The position numbers and the translations under genes are program-made. Under the pieces are notes generated by a model. The model did not search any database. It was not told the DNA's origin and worked only from the letters and a program-made list of their open reading frames with translations. From positions 20,001-84,000 of the forward strand of contig CAXHJY010001758.1 in NCBI GenBank assembly GCA_964016885.1: a stretch of 64,000 nt of DNA, written 5' to 3'. Shown piece after piece: positions 40,801 to 55,800 of this stretch; position 1 is the stretch's first letter, and the number at the start of each line of letters is the position of its first letter. This stretch comes from Eledone cirrhosa (lineage: Eukaryota).

Positions 40801-43800
40801 ACGCCGCACATAGCCAATGAGTGTCTGCACATGTACCAGTAATTACAGATCGATCCGACCACGGGCGGCCGGCCCGCGATTGAAAAGGTAACTCCGCCGG
40901 CAAATCGTCATTTTTGGATTCGTTTTCTTCGAAGCACACCATTCGCCGGCGGACTTTGTTGACGTTTAACACGGTTTGGTTCCACAGCCACAACTATTGA
41001 ATTTACGGAGATATCTTGCTGAAATTCACGCCACACATAGCCAATGAGTGTCTGCACATGTACCAGTAATTACAGATCGATCCGACCACGGGCGGCCGGC
41101 CCGCGATTGAAAAGGTAACTCCGCCGGCAAATCGTCATTTTTGGATTCGTTTTCTTCGAAGCACACCATTCGCCGGCGGACTTTGTTGACGTTTAACACG
41201 GTTTGGTTCCACAGCCACAACTATTGATGTTACGGAGATATCTTGCTGGAATTCACGCCGCACATAGCCAATGAGTGTCTGCACATGTACCAGTAATTAC
41301 AGATCGATCCGACCACGGGCGGCCGGCCCGCGATTTTAAAGGTAACTCCGCCGGCAAATCGTCATTTTTGGATTCGTTTTCTTCGAAGCACACCATTCGC
41401 CGGCGGACTTTGTTGACGTTTAACACGGTTTGGTTCCACAGCCACAACTATTGATTCTACGGAGATATCTTGCTGAAATTCACGCCGCACATAGCCAATG
41501 AGTGTCTGCACATGTACCAGTAATTACAGATCGATCCGACCACGGGCGGCCGGCCCGCGATTGAAAAGGTAACTCCGCCGGCAAATCGTCATTTTTGGAT
41601 TCGTTTTCTTCGAAGCACACCATTCGCCGGCGGACTTTGTTGACGTTTAACACGGTTTGGTTCCACAGCCACAACTATTGAATTTACGGAGATATCTTGC
41701 TGAAATTCACGCCACACATAGCCAATGAGTGTCTGCACATGTACCAGTAATTACAGATCGATCCGACCACGGGCGGCCGGCCCGCGATTGAAAAGGTAAC
41801 TCCGCCGGCAAATCGTCATTTTTGGATTCGTTTTCTTCGAAGCACACCATTCGCCGGCGGACTTTGTTGACGTTTAACACGGTTTGGTTCCACAGCCACA
41901 ACTATTGATGTTACGGAGATATCTTGCTGGAATTCACGCCGCACATAGCCAATGAATGTCTGCACATGTACCAGTAATTACAGATCGATCCGACCACGGG
42001 CGGCCGGCCCGCGATTTTAAAGGTAACTCCGCCGGCAAATCGTCATTTTTGGATTCGTTTTCTTCGAAGCACACCATTCGCCGGCGGACTTTGTTGACGT
42101 TTAACACGGTTTGGTTCCACAGCCACAACTATTGAATTTACGGAGATATCTTGCTGAAATTCACGCCACACATAGCCAATGAGTGTCTGCACATGTACCA
42201 GTAATTACAGATCGATCCGACCACGGGCGGCCGGCCCGCGATTGAAAAGGTAACTCCGCCGGCAAATCGTCATTTTTGGATTCGTTTTCTTCGAAACACA
42301 CCATTCGCCGGCGGACTTTGTTGACGTTTAACACGGTTTGGTTCCACAGCCACAACTATTGATGTTACGGAGATATCTTGCTGGAATTCACGCCGCACAT
42401 AGCCAATGAGTGTCTACACATGTACCAGTAATTACAGATCGATCCGACCACGGGCGGCCGGCCCGCGATTTTAAAGGTAACTCCGCCGGCAAATCGTCAT
42501 TTTTGGATTCGTTTTCTTCGAAGCACACCATTCGCCGGCGGACTTTGTTGACGTTTAACACGGTTTGGTTCCACAGCCACAACTATTGATTTTACGGAGA
42601 TATCTTGCTGAAATTCACGCCGCACATAGCCAATGAGTGTCTGCACATGTACCAGTAATTACAGATCGATCCGACCACGGGCGGCCGGCCCGCGATTGAA
42701 AAGGTAACTCCGCCGGCAAATCGTCATTTTTGGATTCGTTTTCTTCGAAGCACACCATTCGCCGGCGGACTTTGTTGACGTTTAACACGGTTTGGTTCCA
42801 CAGCCACAACTATTGAATTTACGGAGATATCTTGCTGAAATTCACGCCACACATAGCCAATGAGTGTCTGCATATGTACCAGTAATTACAGATCGATCCG
42901 ACCACGGGCGGCCGGCCCGCGATTGAAAAGGTAACTCCGCCGGCAAATCGTCATTTTTGGATTCGTTTTCTTCGAAGCACACCATTCGCCGGCGGACTTT
43001 GTTGACGTTTAACACGGTTTGGTTCCACAGCCACAACTATTGATTTTACGGAGATATCTTGCTGAAATTCACGCCACACATAGCCAATGAGTGTCTGCAC
43101 ATGTACCAGTAATTACAGATCGATCCGACCACGGGCGGCCGGCCCGCGATTGAAAAGGTAACTCCGCCGGCAAATCGTCATTTTTGGATTCGTTTTCTTC
43201 GAAACACACCATTCGCCGGCGGACTTTGTTGACGTTTAACACGGTTTGGTTCCACAGCCACAACTATTGATGTTACGGAGATATCTTGCTGGAATTCACG
43301 CCGCACATAGCCAATGAGTGTCTACACATGTACCAGTAATTACAGATCGATCCGACCACGGGCGGCCGGCCCGCGATTTTAAAGGTAACTCCGCCGGCAA
43401 ATCGTCATTTTTGGATTCGTTTTCTTCGAAGCACACCATTCGCCGGCGGACTTTGTTGACGTTTAACACGGTTTGGTTCCACAGCCACAACTATTGATTT
43501 TACGGAGATATCTTGCTGAAATTCACGCCACACATAGCCAATGAGTGTCTGCACATGTACCAGTAATTACAGATCGATCCGACCACGGGCGGCCGGCCCG
43601 CGATTGAAAAGGTAACTCCGCCGGCAAATCGTCATTTTTGGATTCGTTTTCTTCGAAGCACACCATTCGCCGGCGGACTTTGTTGACGTTTAACACGGTT
43701 TGGTTCCACAGCCACAACTATTGATTTTACGGAGATATCTTGCTGAAATTCACGCCGCACATAGCCAATGAGTGTCTGCACATGTACCAGTAATTACAGA

Positions 43801-46800
43801 TCGATCCGACCACGGGCGGCCGGCCCGCGATTGAAAAGGTAACTCCGCCGGCAAATCGTCATTTTTGGATTCGTTTTCTTCGAAGCACACCATTCGCCGG
43901 CGGACTTTGTTGACGTTTAACACGGTTTGGTTCCACAGCCACAACTATTGAATTTACGGAGATATCTTGCTGAAATTCACGCCACACATAGCCAATGAGT
44001 GTCTGCACATGTACCAGTAATTACAGATCGATCCGACCACGGGCGGCCGGCCCGCGATTGAAAAGGTAACTCCGCCGGCAAATCGTCATTTTTGGATTCG
44101 TTTTCTTCGAAGCACACCATTCGCCGGCGGACTTTGTTGACGTTTAACACGGTTTGGTTCCACAGCCACAACTATTGATGTTACGGAGATATCTTGCTGG
44201 AATTCACGCCGCACATAGCCAATGAGTGTCTGCACATGTACCAGTAATTACAGATCGATCCGACCACGGGCGGCCGGCCCGCGATTTTAAAGGTAACTCC
44301 GCCGGCAAATCGTCATTTTTGGATTCGTTTTCTTCGAAGCACACCATTCGCCGGCGGACTTTGTTGACGTTTAACACGGTTTGGTTCCACAGCCACAACT
44401 ATTGATTCTACGGAGATATCTTGCTGAAATTCACGCCGCACATAGCCAATGAGTGTCTGCACATGTACCAGTAATTACAGATCGATCCGACCACGGGCGG
44501 CCGGCCCGCGATTGAAAAGGTAACTCCGCCGGCAAATCGTCATTTTTGGATTCGTTTTCTTCGAAGCACACCATTCGCCGGCGGACTTTGTTGACGTTTA
44601 ACACGGTTTGGTTCCACAGCCACAACTATTGAATTTACGGAGATATCTTGCTGAAATTCACGCCACACATAGCCAATGAGTGTCTGCACATGTACCAGTA
44701 ATTACAGATCGATCCGACCACGGGCGGCCGGCCCGCGATTGAAAAGGTAACTCCGCCGGCAAATCGTCATTTTTGGATTCGTTTTCTTCGAAGCACACCA
44801 TTCGCCGGCGGACTTTGTTGACGTTTAACACGGTTTGGTTCCACAGCCACAACTATTGATGTTACGGAGATATCTTGCTGGAATTCACGCCGCACATAGC
44901 CAATGAATGTCTGCACATGTACCAGTAATTACAGATCGATCCGACCACGGGCGGCCGGCCCGCGATTTTAAAGGTAACTCCGCCGGCAAATCGTCATTTT
45001 TGGATTCGTTTTCTTCGAAGCACACCATTCGCCGGCGGACTTTGTTGACGTTTAACACGGTTTGGTTCCACAGCCACAACTATTGAATTTACGGAGATAT
45101 CTTGCTGAAATTCACGCCACACATAGCCAATGAGTGTCTGCACATGTACCAGTAATTACAGATCGATCCGACCACGGGCGGCCGGCCCGCGATTGAAAAG
45201 GTAACTCCGCCGGCAAATCGTCATTTTTGGATTCGTTTTCTTCGAAACACACCATTCGCCGGCGGACTTTGTTGACGTTTAACACGGTTTGGTTCCACAG
45301 CCACAACTATTGATGTTACGGAGATATCTTGCTGGAATTCACGCCGCACATAGCCAATGAGTGTCTACACATGTACCAGTAATTACAGATCGATCCGACC
45401 ACGGGCGGCCGGCCCGCGATTTTAAAGGTAACTCCGCCGGCAAATCGTCATTTTTGGATTCGTTTTCTTCGAAGCACACCATTCGCCGGCGGACTTTGTT
45501 GACGTTTAACACGGTTTGGTTCCACAGCCACAACTATTGAATTTACGGAGATATCTTGCTGAAATTCACGCCACACATAGCCAATGAGTGTCTGCATATG
45601 TACCAGTAATTACAGATCGATCCGACCACGGGCGGCCGGCCCGCGATTGAAAAGGTAACTCCGCCGGCAAATCGTCATTTTTGGATTCGTTTTCTTCGAA
45701 GCACACCATTCGCCGGCGGACTTTGTTGACGTTTAACACGGTTTGGTTCCACAGCCACAACTATTGATTTTACGGAGATATCTTGCTGAAATTCACGCCA
45801 CACATAGCCAATGAGTGTCTGCACATGTACCAGTAATTACAGATCGATCCGACCACGGGCGGCCGGCCCGCGATTGAAAAGGTAACTCCGCCGGCAAATC
45901 GTCATTTTTGGATTCGTTTTCTTCGAAACACACCATTCGCCGGCGGACTTTGTTGACGTTTAACACGGTTTGGTTCCACAGCCACAACTATTGATGTTAC
46001 GGAGATATCTTGCTGGAATTCACGCCGCACATAGCCAATGAGTGTCTACACATGTACCAGTAATTACAGATCGATCCGACCACGGGCGGCCGGCCCGCGA
46101 TTTTAAAGGTAACTCCGCCGGCAAATCGTCATTTTTGGATTCGTTTTCTTCGAAGCACACCATTCGCCGGCGGACTTTGTTGACGTTTAACACGGTTTGG
46201 TTCCACAGCCACAACTATTGATTTTACGGAGATATCTTGCTGAAATTCACGCCACACATAGCCAATGAGTGTCTGCACATGTACCAGTAATTACAGATCG
46301 ATCCGACCACGGGCGGCCGGCCCGCGATTGAAAAGGTAACTCCGCCGGCAAATCGTCATTTTTGGATTCGTTTTCTTCGAAGCACACCATTCGCCGGCGG
46401 ACTTTGTTGACGTTTAACACGGTTTGGTTCCACAGCCACAACTATTGATTTTACGGAGATATCTTGCTGAAATTCACGCCGCACATAGCCAATGAGTGTC
46501 TGCACATGTACCAGTAATTACAGATCGATCCGACCACGGGCGGCCGGCCCGCGATTGAAAAGGTAACTCCGCCGGCAAATCGTCATTTTTGGATTCGTTT
46601 TCTTCGAAGCACACCATTCGCCGGCGGACTTTGTTGACGTTTAACACGGTTTGGTTCCACAGCCACAACTATTGAATTTACGGAGATATCTTGCTGAAAT
46701 TCACGCCACACATAGCCAATGAGTGTCTGCACATGTACCAGTAATTACAGATCGATCCGACCACGGGCGGCCGGCCCGCGATTGAAAAGGTAACTCCGCC

Positions 46801-49800
46801 GGCAAATCGTCATTTTTGGATTCGTTTTCTTCGAAGCACACCATTCGCCGGCGGACTTTGTTGACGTTTAACACGGTTTGGTTCCACAGCCACAACTATT
46901 GATGTTACGGAGATATCTTGCTGGAATTCACGCCGCACATAGCCAATGAGTGTCTGCACATGTACCAGTAATTACAGATCGATCCGACCACGGGCGGCCG
47001 GCCCGCGATTTTAAAGGTAACTCCGCCGGCAAATCGTCATTTTTGGATTCGTTTTCTTCGAAGCACACCATTCGCCGGCGGACTTTGTTGACGTTTAACA
47101 CGGTTTGGTTCCACAGCCACAACTATTGATTCTACGGAGATATCTTGCTGAAATTCACGCCGCACATAGCCAATGAGTGTCTGCACATGTACCAGTAATT
47201 ACAGATCGATCCGACCACGGGCGGCCGGCCCGCGATTGAAAAGGTAACTCCGCCGGCAAATCGTCATTTTTGGATTCGTTTTCTTCGAAGCACACCATTC
47301 GCCGGCGGACTTTGTTGACGTTTAACACGGTTTGGTTCCACAGCCACAACTATTGAATTTACGGAGATATCTTGCTGAAATTCACGCCACACATAGCCAA
47401 TGAGTGTCTGCACATGTACCAGTAATTACAGATCGATCCGACCACGGGCGGCCGGCCCGCGATTGAAAAGGTAACTCCGCCGGCAAATCGTCATTTTTGG
47501 ATTCGTTTTCTTCGAAGCACACCATTCGCCGGCGGACTTTGTTGACGTTTAACACGGTTTGGTTCCACAGCCACAACTATTGATGTTACGGAGATATCTT
47601 GCTGGAATTCACGCCGCACATAGCCAATGAATGTCTGCACATGTACCAGTAATTACAGATCGATCCGACCACGGGCGGCCGGCCCGCGATTTTAAAGGTA
47701 ACTCCGCCGGCAAATCGTCATTTTTGGATTCGTTTTCTTCGAAGCACACCATTCGCCGGCGGACTTTGTTGACGTTTAACACGGTTTGGTTCCACAGCCA
47801 CAACTATTGAATTTACGGAGATATCTTGCTGAAATTCACGCCACACATAGCCAATGAGTGTCTGCACATGTACCAGTAATTACAGATCGATCCGACCACG
47901 GGCGGCCGGCCCGCGATTGAAAAGGTAACTCCGCCGGCAAATCGTCATTTTTGGATTCGTTTTCTTCGAAACACACCATTCGCCGGCGGACTTTGTTGAC
48001 GTTTAACACGGTTTGGTTCCACAGCCACAACTATTGATGTTACGGAGATATCTTGCTGGAATTCACGCCGCACATAGCCAATGAGTGTCTACACATGTAC
48101 CAGTAATTACAGATCGATCCGACCACGGGCGGCCGGCCCGCGATTTTAAAGGTAACTCCGCCGGCAAATCGTCATTTTTGGATTCGTTTTCTTCGAAGCA
48201 CACCATTCGCCGGCGGACTTTGTTGACGTTTAACACGGTTTGGTTCCACAGCCACAACTATTGATTTTACGGAGATATCTTGCTGAAATTCACGCCGCAC
48301 ATAGCCAATGAGTGTCTGCACATGTACCAGTAATTACAGATCGATCCGACCACGGGCGGCCGGCCCGCGATTGAAAAGGTAACTCCGCCGGCAAATCGTC
48401 ATTTTTGGATTCGTTTTCTTCGAAGCACACCATTCGCCGGCGGACTTTGTTGACGTTTAACACGGTTTGGTTCCACAGCCACAACTATTGAATTTACGGA
48501 GATATCTTGCTGAAATTCACGCCACACATAGCCAATGAGTGTCTGCATATGTACCAGTAATTACAGATCGATCCGACCACGGGCGGCCGGCCCGCGATTG
48601 AAAAGGTAACTCCGCCGGCAAATCGTCATTTTTGGATTCGTTTTCTTCGAAGCACACCATTCGCCGGCGGACTTTGTTGACGTTTAACACGGTTTGGTTC
48701 CACAGCCACAACTATTGAATTTACGGAGATATCTTGCTGAAATTCACGCCACACATAGCCAATGAGTGTCTGCACATGTACCAGTAATTACAGATCGATC
48801 CGACCACGGGCGGCCGGCCCGCGATTGAAAAGGTAACTCCGCCGGCAAATCGTCATTTTTGGATTCGTTTTCTTCGAAACACACCATTCGCCGGCGGACT
48901 TTGTTGACGTTTAACACGGTTTGGTTCCACAGCCACAACTATTGATGTTACGGAGATATCTTGCTGGAATTCACGCCGCACATAGCCAATGAGTGTCTAC
49001 ACATGTACCAGTAATTACAGATCGATCCGACCACGGGCGGCCGGCCCGCGATTTTAAAGGTAACTCCGCCGGCAAATCGTCATTTTTGGATTCGTTTTCT
49101 TCGAAGCACACCATTCGCCGGCGGACTTTGTTGACGTTTAACACGGTTTGGTTCCACAGCCACAACTATTGATTTTACGGAGATATCTTGCTGAAATTCA
49201 CGCCACACATAGCCAATGAGTGTCTGCACATGTACCAGTAATTACAGATCGATCCGACCACGGGCGGCCGGCCCGCGATTGAAAAGGTAACTCCGCCGGC
49301 AAATCGTCATTTTTGGATTCGTTTTCTTCGAAGCACACCATTCGCCGGCGGACTTTGTTGACGTTTAACACGGTTTGGTTCCACAGCCACAACTATTGAT
49401 TTTACGGAGATATCTTGCTGAAATTCACGCCGCACATAGCCAATGAGTGTCTGCACATGTACCAGTAATTACAGATCGATCCGACCACGGGCGGCCGGCC
49501 CGCGATTGAAAAGGTAACTCCGCCGGCAAATCGTCATTTTGGGATTCGTTTTCTTCGAAGCACACCATTCGCCGGCGGACTTTGTTGACGTTTAACACGG
49601 TTTGGTTCCACAGCCACAACTATTGAATTTACGGAGATATCTTGCTGAAATTCACGCCACACATAGCCAATGAGTGTCTGCACATGTACCAGTAATTACA
49701 GATCGATCCGACCACGGGCGGCCGGCCCGCGATTGAAAAGGTAACTCCGCCGGCAAATCGTCATTTTTGGATTCGTTTTCTTCGAAGCACACCATTCGCC

Positions 49801-52800
49801 GGCGGACTTTGTTGACGTTTAACACGGTTTGGTTCCACAGCCACAACTATTGATGTTACGGAGATATCTTGCTGGAATTCACGCCGCACATAGCCAATGA
49901 GTGTCTGCACATGTACCAGTAATTACAGATCGATCCGACCACGGGCGGCCGGCCCGCGATTTTAAAGGTAACTCCGCCGGCAAATCGTCATTTTTGGATT
50001 CGTTTTCTTCGAAGCACACCATTCGCCGGCGGACTTTGTTGACGTTTAACACGGTTTGGTTCCACAGCCACAACTATTGATTCTACGGAGATATCTTGCT
50101 GAAATTCACGCCGCACATAGCCAATGAGTGTCTGCACATGTACCAGTAATTACAGATCGATCCGACCACGGGCGGCCGGCCCGCGATTGAAAAGGTAACT
50201 CCGCCGGCAAATCGTCATTTTTGGATTCGTTTTCTTCGAAGCACACCATTCGCCGGCGGACTTTGTTGACGTTTAACACGGTTTGGTTCCACAGCCACAA
50301 CTATTGAATTTACGGAGATATCTTGCTGAAATTCACGCCACACATAGCCAATGAGTGTCTGCACATGTACCAGTAATTACAGATCGATCCGACCACGGGC
50401 GGCCGGCCCGCGATTGAAAAGGTAACTCCGCCGGCAAATCGTCATTTTTGGATTCGTTTTCTTCCAAGCACACCATTCGCCGGCGGACTTTGTTGACGTT
50501 TAACACGGTTTGGTTCCACAGCCACAACTATTGATGTTACGGAGATATCTTGCTGGAATTCACGCCGCACATAGCCAATGAGTGTCTGCACATGTACCAG
50601 TAATTACAGATCGATCCGACCACGGGCGGCCGGCCCGCGATTTTAAAGGTAACTCCGCCGGCAAATCGTCATTTTTGGATTCGTTTTCTTCGAAGCACAC
50701 CATTCGCCGGCGGACTTTGTTGACGTTTAACACGGTTTGGTTCCACAGCCACAACTATTGAATTTACGGAGATATCTTGCTGAAATTCACGCCACACATA
50801 GCCAATGAGTGTCTGCACATGTACCAGTAATTACAGATCGATCCGACCACGGGCGGCCGGCCCGCGATTGAAAAGGTAACTCCGCCGGCAAATCGTCATT
50901 TTTGGATTCGTTTTCTTCGAAACACACCATTCGCCGGCGGACTTTGTTGACGTTTAACACGGTTTGGTTCCACAGCCACAACTATTGATGTTACGGAGAT
51001 ATCTTGCTGGAATTCACGCCGCACATAGCCAATGAGTGTCTACACATGTACCAGTAATTACAGATCGATCCGACCACGGGCGGCCGGCCCGCGATTTTAA
51101 AGGTAACTCCGCCGGCAAATCGTCATTTTTGGATTCGTTTTCTTCGAAGCACACCATTCGCCGGCGGACTTTGTTGACGTTTAACACGGTTTGGTTCCAC
51201 AGCCACAACTATTGATTTTACGGAGATATCTTGCTGAAATTCACGCCGCACATAGCCAATGAGTGTCTGCACATGTACCAGTAATTACAGATCGATCCGA
51301 CCACGGGCGGCCGGCCCGCGATTGAAAAGGTAACTCCGCCGGCAAATCGTCATTTTTGGATTCGTTTTCTTCGAAGCACACCATTCGCCGGCGGACTTTG
51401 TTGACGTTTAACACGGTTTGGTTCCACAGCCACAACTATTGAATTTACGGAGATATCTTGCTGAAATTCACGCCACACATAGCCAATGAGTGTCTGCACA
51501 TGTACCAGTAATTACAGATCGATCCGACCACGGGCGGCCGGCCCGCGATTGAAAAGGTAACTCCGCCGGCAAATCGTCATTTTTGGATTCGTTTTCTTCG
51601 AAGCACACCATTCGCCGGCGGACTTTGTTGACGTTTAACACGGTTTGGTTCCACAGCCACAACTATTGATTTTACGGAGATATCTTGCTGAAATTCACGC
51701 CACACATAGCCAATGAGTGTCTGCACATGTACCAGTAATTACAGATCGATCCGACCACGGGCGGCCGGCCCGCGATTGAAAAGGTAACTCCGCCGGCAAA
51801 TCGTCATTTTTGGATTCGTTTTCTTCGAAGCACACCATTCGCCGGCGGACTTTGTTGACGTTTAACACGGTTTGGTTCCACAGCCACAACTATTGATTTT
51901 ACGGAGATATCTTGCTGAAATTCACGCCGCACATAGCCAATGAGTGTCTGCACATGTACCAGTAATTACAGATCGATCCGACCACGGGCGGCCGGCCCGC
52001 GATTGAAAAGGTAACTCCGCCGGCAAATCGTCATTTTTGGATTCGTTTTCTTCGAAGCACACCATTCGCCGGCGGACTTTGTTGACGTTTAACACGGTTT
52101 GGTTCCACAGCCACAACTATTGAATTTACGGAGATATCTTGCTGAAATTCACGCCACACATAGCCAATGAGTGTCTGCACATGTACCAGTAATTACAGAT
52201 CGATCCGACCACGGGCGGCCGGCCCGCGATTGAAAAGCTAACTCCGCCGGCAAATCGTCATTTTTGGATTCGTTTTCTTCGAAGCACACCATTCGCCGGC
52301 GGACTTTGTTGACGTTTAACACGGTTTGGTTCCACAGCCACAACTATTGATGTTACGGAGATATCTTGCTGGAATTCACGCCGCACATAGCCAATGAGTG
52401 TCTGCACATGTACCAGTAATTACAGATCGATCCGACCACGGGCGGCCGGCCCGCGATTTTAAAGGTAACTCCGCCGGCAAATCGTCATTTTTGGATTCGT
52501 TTTCTTCGAAGCACACCATTCGCCGGCGGACTTTGTTGACGTTTAACACGGTTTGGTTCCACAGCCACAACTATTGATTTTACGGAGATATCTTGCTGAA
52601 ATTCACGCCGCACATAGCCAATGAGTGTCTGCACATGTACCAGTAATTACAGATCGATCCGACCACGGGCGGCCGGCCCGCGATTGAAAAGGTAACTCCG
52701 CCGGCAAATCGTCATTTTTGGATTCGTTTTCTTCGAAGCACACCATTCGCCGGCGGACTTTGTTGACGTTTAACACGGTTTGGTTCCACAGCCACAACTA

Positions 52801-55800
52801 TTGAATTTACGGAGATATCTTGCTGAAATTCACGCCACACATAGCCAATGAGTGTCTGCACATGTACCAGTAATTACAGATCGATCCGACCACGGGCGGC
52901 CGGCCCGCGATTGAAAAGGTAACTCCGCCGGCAAATCGTCATTTTTGGATTCGTTTTCTTCGAAGCACACCATTCGCCGGCGGACTTTGTTGACGTTTAA
53001 CACGGTTTGGTTCCACAGCCACAACTATTGATGTTACGGAGATATCTTGCTGGAATTCACGCCGCACATAGCCAATGAGTGTCTGCACATGTACCAGTAA
53101 TTACAGATCGATCCGACCACGGGCGGCCGGCCCGCGATTTTAAAGGTAACTCCGCCGGCAAATCGTCATTTTTGGATTCGTTTTCTTCGAAGCACACCAT
53201 TCGCCGGCGGACTTTGTTGACGTTTAACACGGTTTGGTTCCACAGCCACAACTATTGATTCTACGGAGATATCTTGCTGAAATTCACGCCGCACATAGCC
53301 AATGAGTGTCTGCACATGTACCAGTAATTACAGATCGATCCGACCACGGGCGGCCGGCCCGCGATTGAAAAGGTAACTCCGCCGGCAAATCGTCATTTTT
53401 GGATTCGTTTTCTTCGAAACACACCATTCGCCGGCGGACTTTGTTGACGTTTAACACGGTTTGGTTCCACAGCCACAACTATTGATGTTACGGAGATATC
53501 TTGCTGGAATTCACGCCGCACATAGCCAATGAGTGTCTACACATGTACCAGTAATTACAGATCGATCCGACCACGGGCGGCCGGCCCGCGATTTTAAAGG
53601 TAACTCCGCCGGCAAATCGTCATTTTTGGATTCGTTTTCTTCGAAGCACACCATTCGCCGGCGGACTTTGTTGACGTTTAACACGGTTTGGTTCCACAGC
53701 CACAACTATTGATTTTACGGAGATATCTTGCTGAAATTCACGCCACACATAGCCAATGAGTGTCTGCACATGTACCAGTAATTACAGATCGATCCGACCA
53801 CGGGCGGCCGGCCCGCGATTGAAAAGGTAACTCCGCCGGCAAATCGTCATTTTTGGATTCGTTTTCTTCGAAGCACACCATTCGCCGGCGGACTTTGTTG
53901 ACGTTTAACACGGTTTGGTTCCACAGCCACAACTATTGATTTTACGGAGATATCTTGCTGAAATTCACGCCGCACATAGCCAATGAGTGTCTGCACATGT
54001 ACCAGTAATTACAGATCGATCCGACCACGGGCGGCCGGCCCGCGATTGAAAAGGTAACTCCGCCGGCAAATCGTCATTTTTGGATTCGTTTTCTTCGAAG
54101 CACACCATTCGCCGGCGGACTTTGTTGACGTTTAACACGGTTTGGTTCCACAGCCACAACTATTGAATTTACGGAGATATCTTGCTGAAATTCACGCCAC
54201 ACATAGCCAATGAGTGTCTGCACATGTACCAGTAATTACAGATCGATCCGACCACGGGCGGCCGGCCCGCGATTGAAAAGGTAACTCCGCCGGCAAATCG
54301 TCATTTTTGGATTCGTTTTCTTCGAAGCACACCATTCGCCGGCGGACTTTGTTGACGTTTAACACGGTTTGGTTCCACAGCCACAACTATTGATGTTACG
54401 GAGATATCTTGCTGGAATTCACGCCGCACATAGCCAATGAGTGTCTGCACATGTACCAGTAATTACAGATCGATCCGACCACGGGCGGCCGGCCCGCGAT
54501 TTTAAAGGTAACTCCGCCGGCAAATCGTCATTTTTGGATTCGTTTTCTTCGAAGCACACCATTCGCCGGCGGACTTTGTTGACGTTTAACACGGTTTGGT
54601 TCCACAGCCACAACTATTGATTCTACGGAGATATCTTGCTGAAATTCACGCCGCACATAGCCAATGAGTGTCTGCACATGTACCAGTAATTACAGATCGA
54701 TCCGACCACGGGCGGCCGGCCCGCGATTGAAAAGGTAACTCCGCCGGCAAATCGTCATTTTTGGATTCGTTTTCTTCGAAGCACACCATTCGCCGGCGGA
54801 CTTTGTTGACGTTTAACACGGTTTGGTTCCACAGCCACAACTATTGAATTTACGGAGATATCTTGCTGAAATTCACGCCACACATAGCCAATGAGTGTCT
54901 GCACATGTACCAGTAATTACAGATCGATCCGACCACGGGCGGCCGGCCCGCGATTGAAAAGGTAACTCCGCCGGCAAATCGTCATTTTTGGATTCGTTTT
55001 CTTCGAAGCACACCATTCGCCGGCGGACTTTGTTGACGTTTAACACGGTTTGGTTCCACAGCCACAACTATTGATGTTACGGAGATATCTTGCTGGAATT
55101 CACGCCGCACATAGCCAATGAATGTCTGCACATGTACCAGTAATTACAGATCGATCCGACCACGGGCGGCCGGCCCGCGATTTTAAAGGTAACTCCGCCG
55201 GCAAATCGTCATTTTTGGATTCGTTTTCTTCGAAGCACACCATTCGCCGGCGGACTTTGTTGACGTTTAACACGGTTTGGTTCCACAGCCACAACTATTG
55301 AATTTACGGAGATATCTTGCTGAAATTCACGCCACACATAGCCAATGAGTGTCTGCACATGTACCAGTAATTACAGATCGATCCGACCACGGGCGGCCGG
55401 CCCGCGATTGAAAAGGTAACTCCGCCGGCAAATCGTCATTTTTGGATTCGTTTTCTTCGAAACACACCATTCGCCGGCGGACTTTGTTGACGTTTAACAC
55501 GGTTTGGTTCCACAGCCACAACTATTGATGTTACGGAGATATCTTGCTGGAATTCACGCCGCACATAGCCAATGAGTGTCTACACATGTACCAGTAATTA
55601 CAGATCGATCCGACCACGGGCGGCCGGCCCGCGATTTTAAAGGTAACTCCGCCGGCAAATCGTCATTTTTGGATTCGTTTTCTTCGAAGCACACCATTCG
55701 CCGGCGGACTTTGTTGACGTTTAACACGGTTTGGTTCCACAGCCACAACTATTGATTTTACGGAGATATCTTGCTGAAATTCACGCCGCACATAGCCAAT

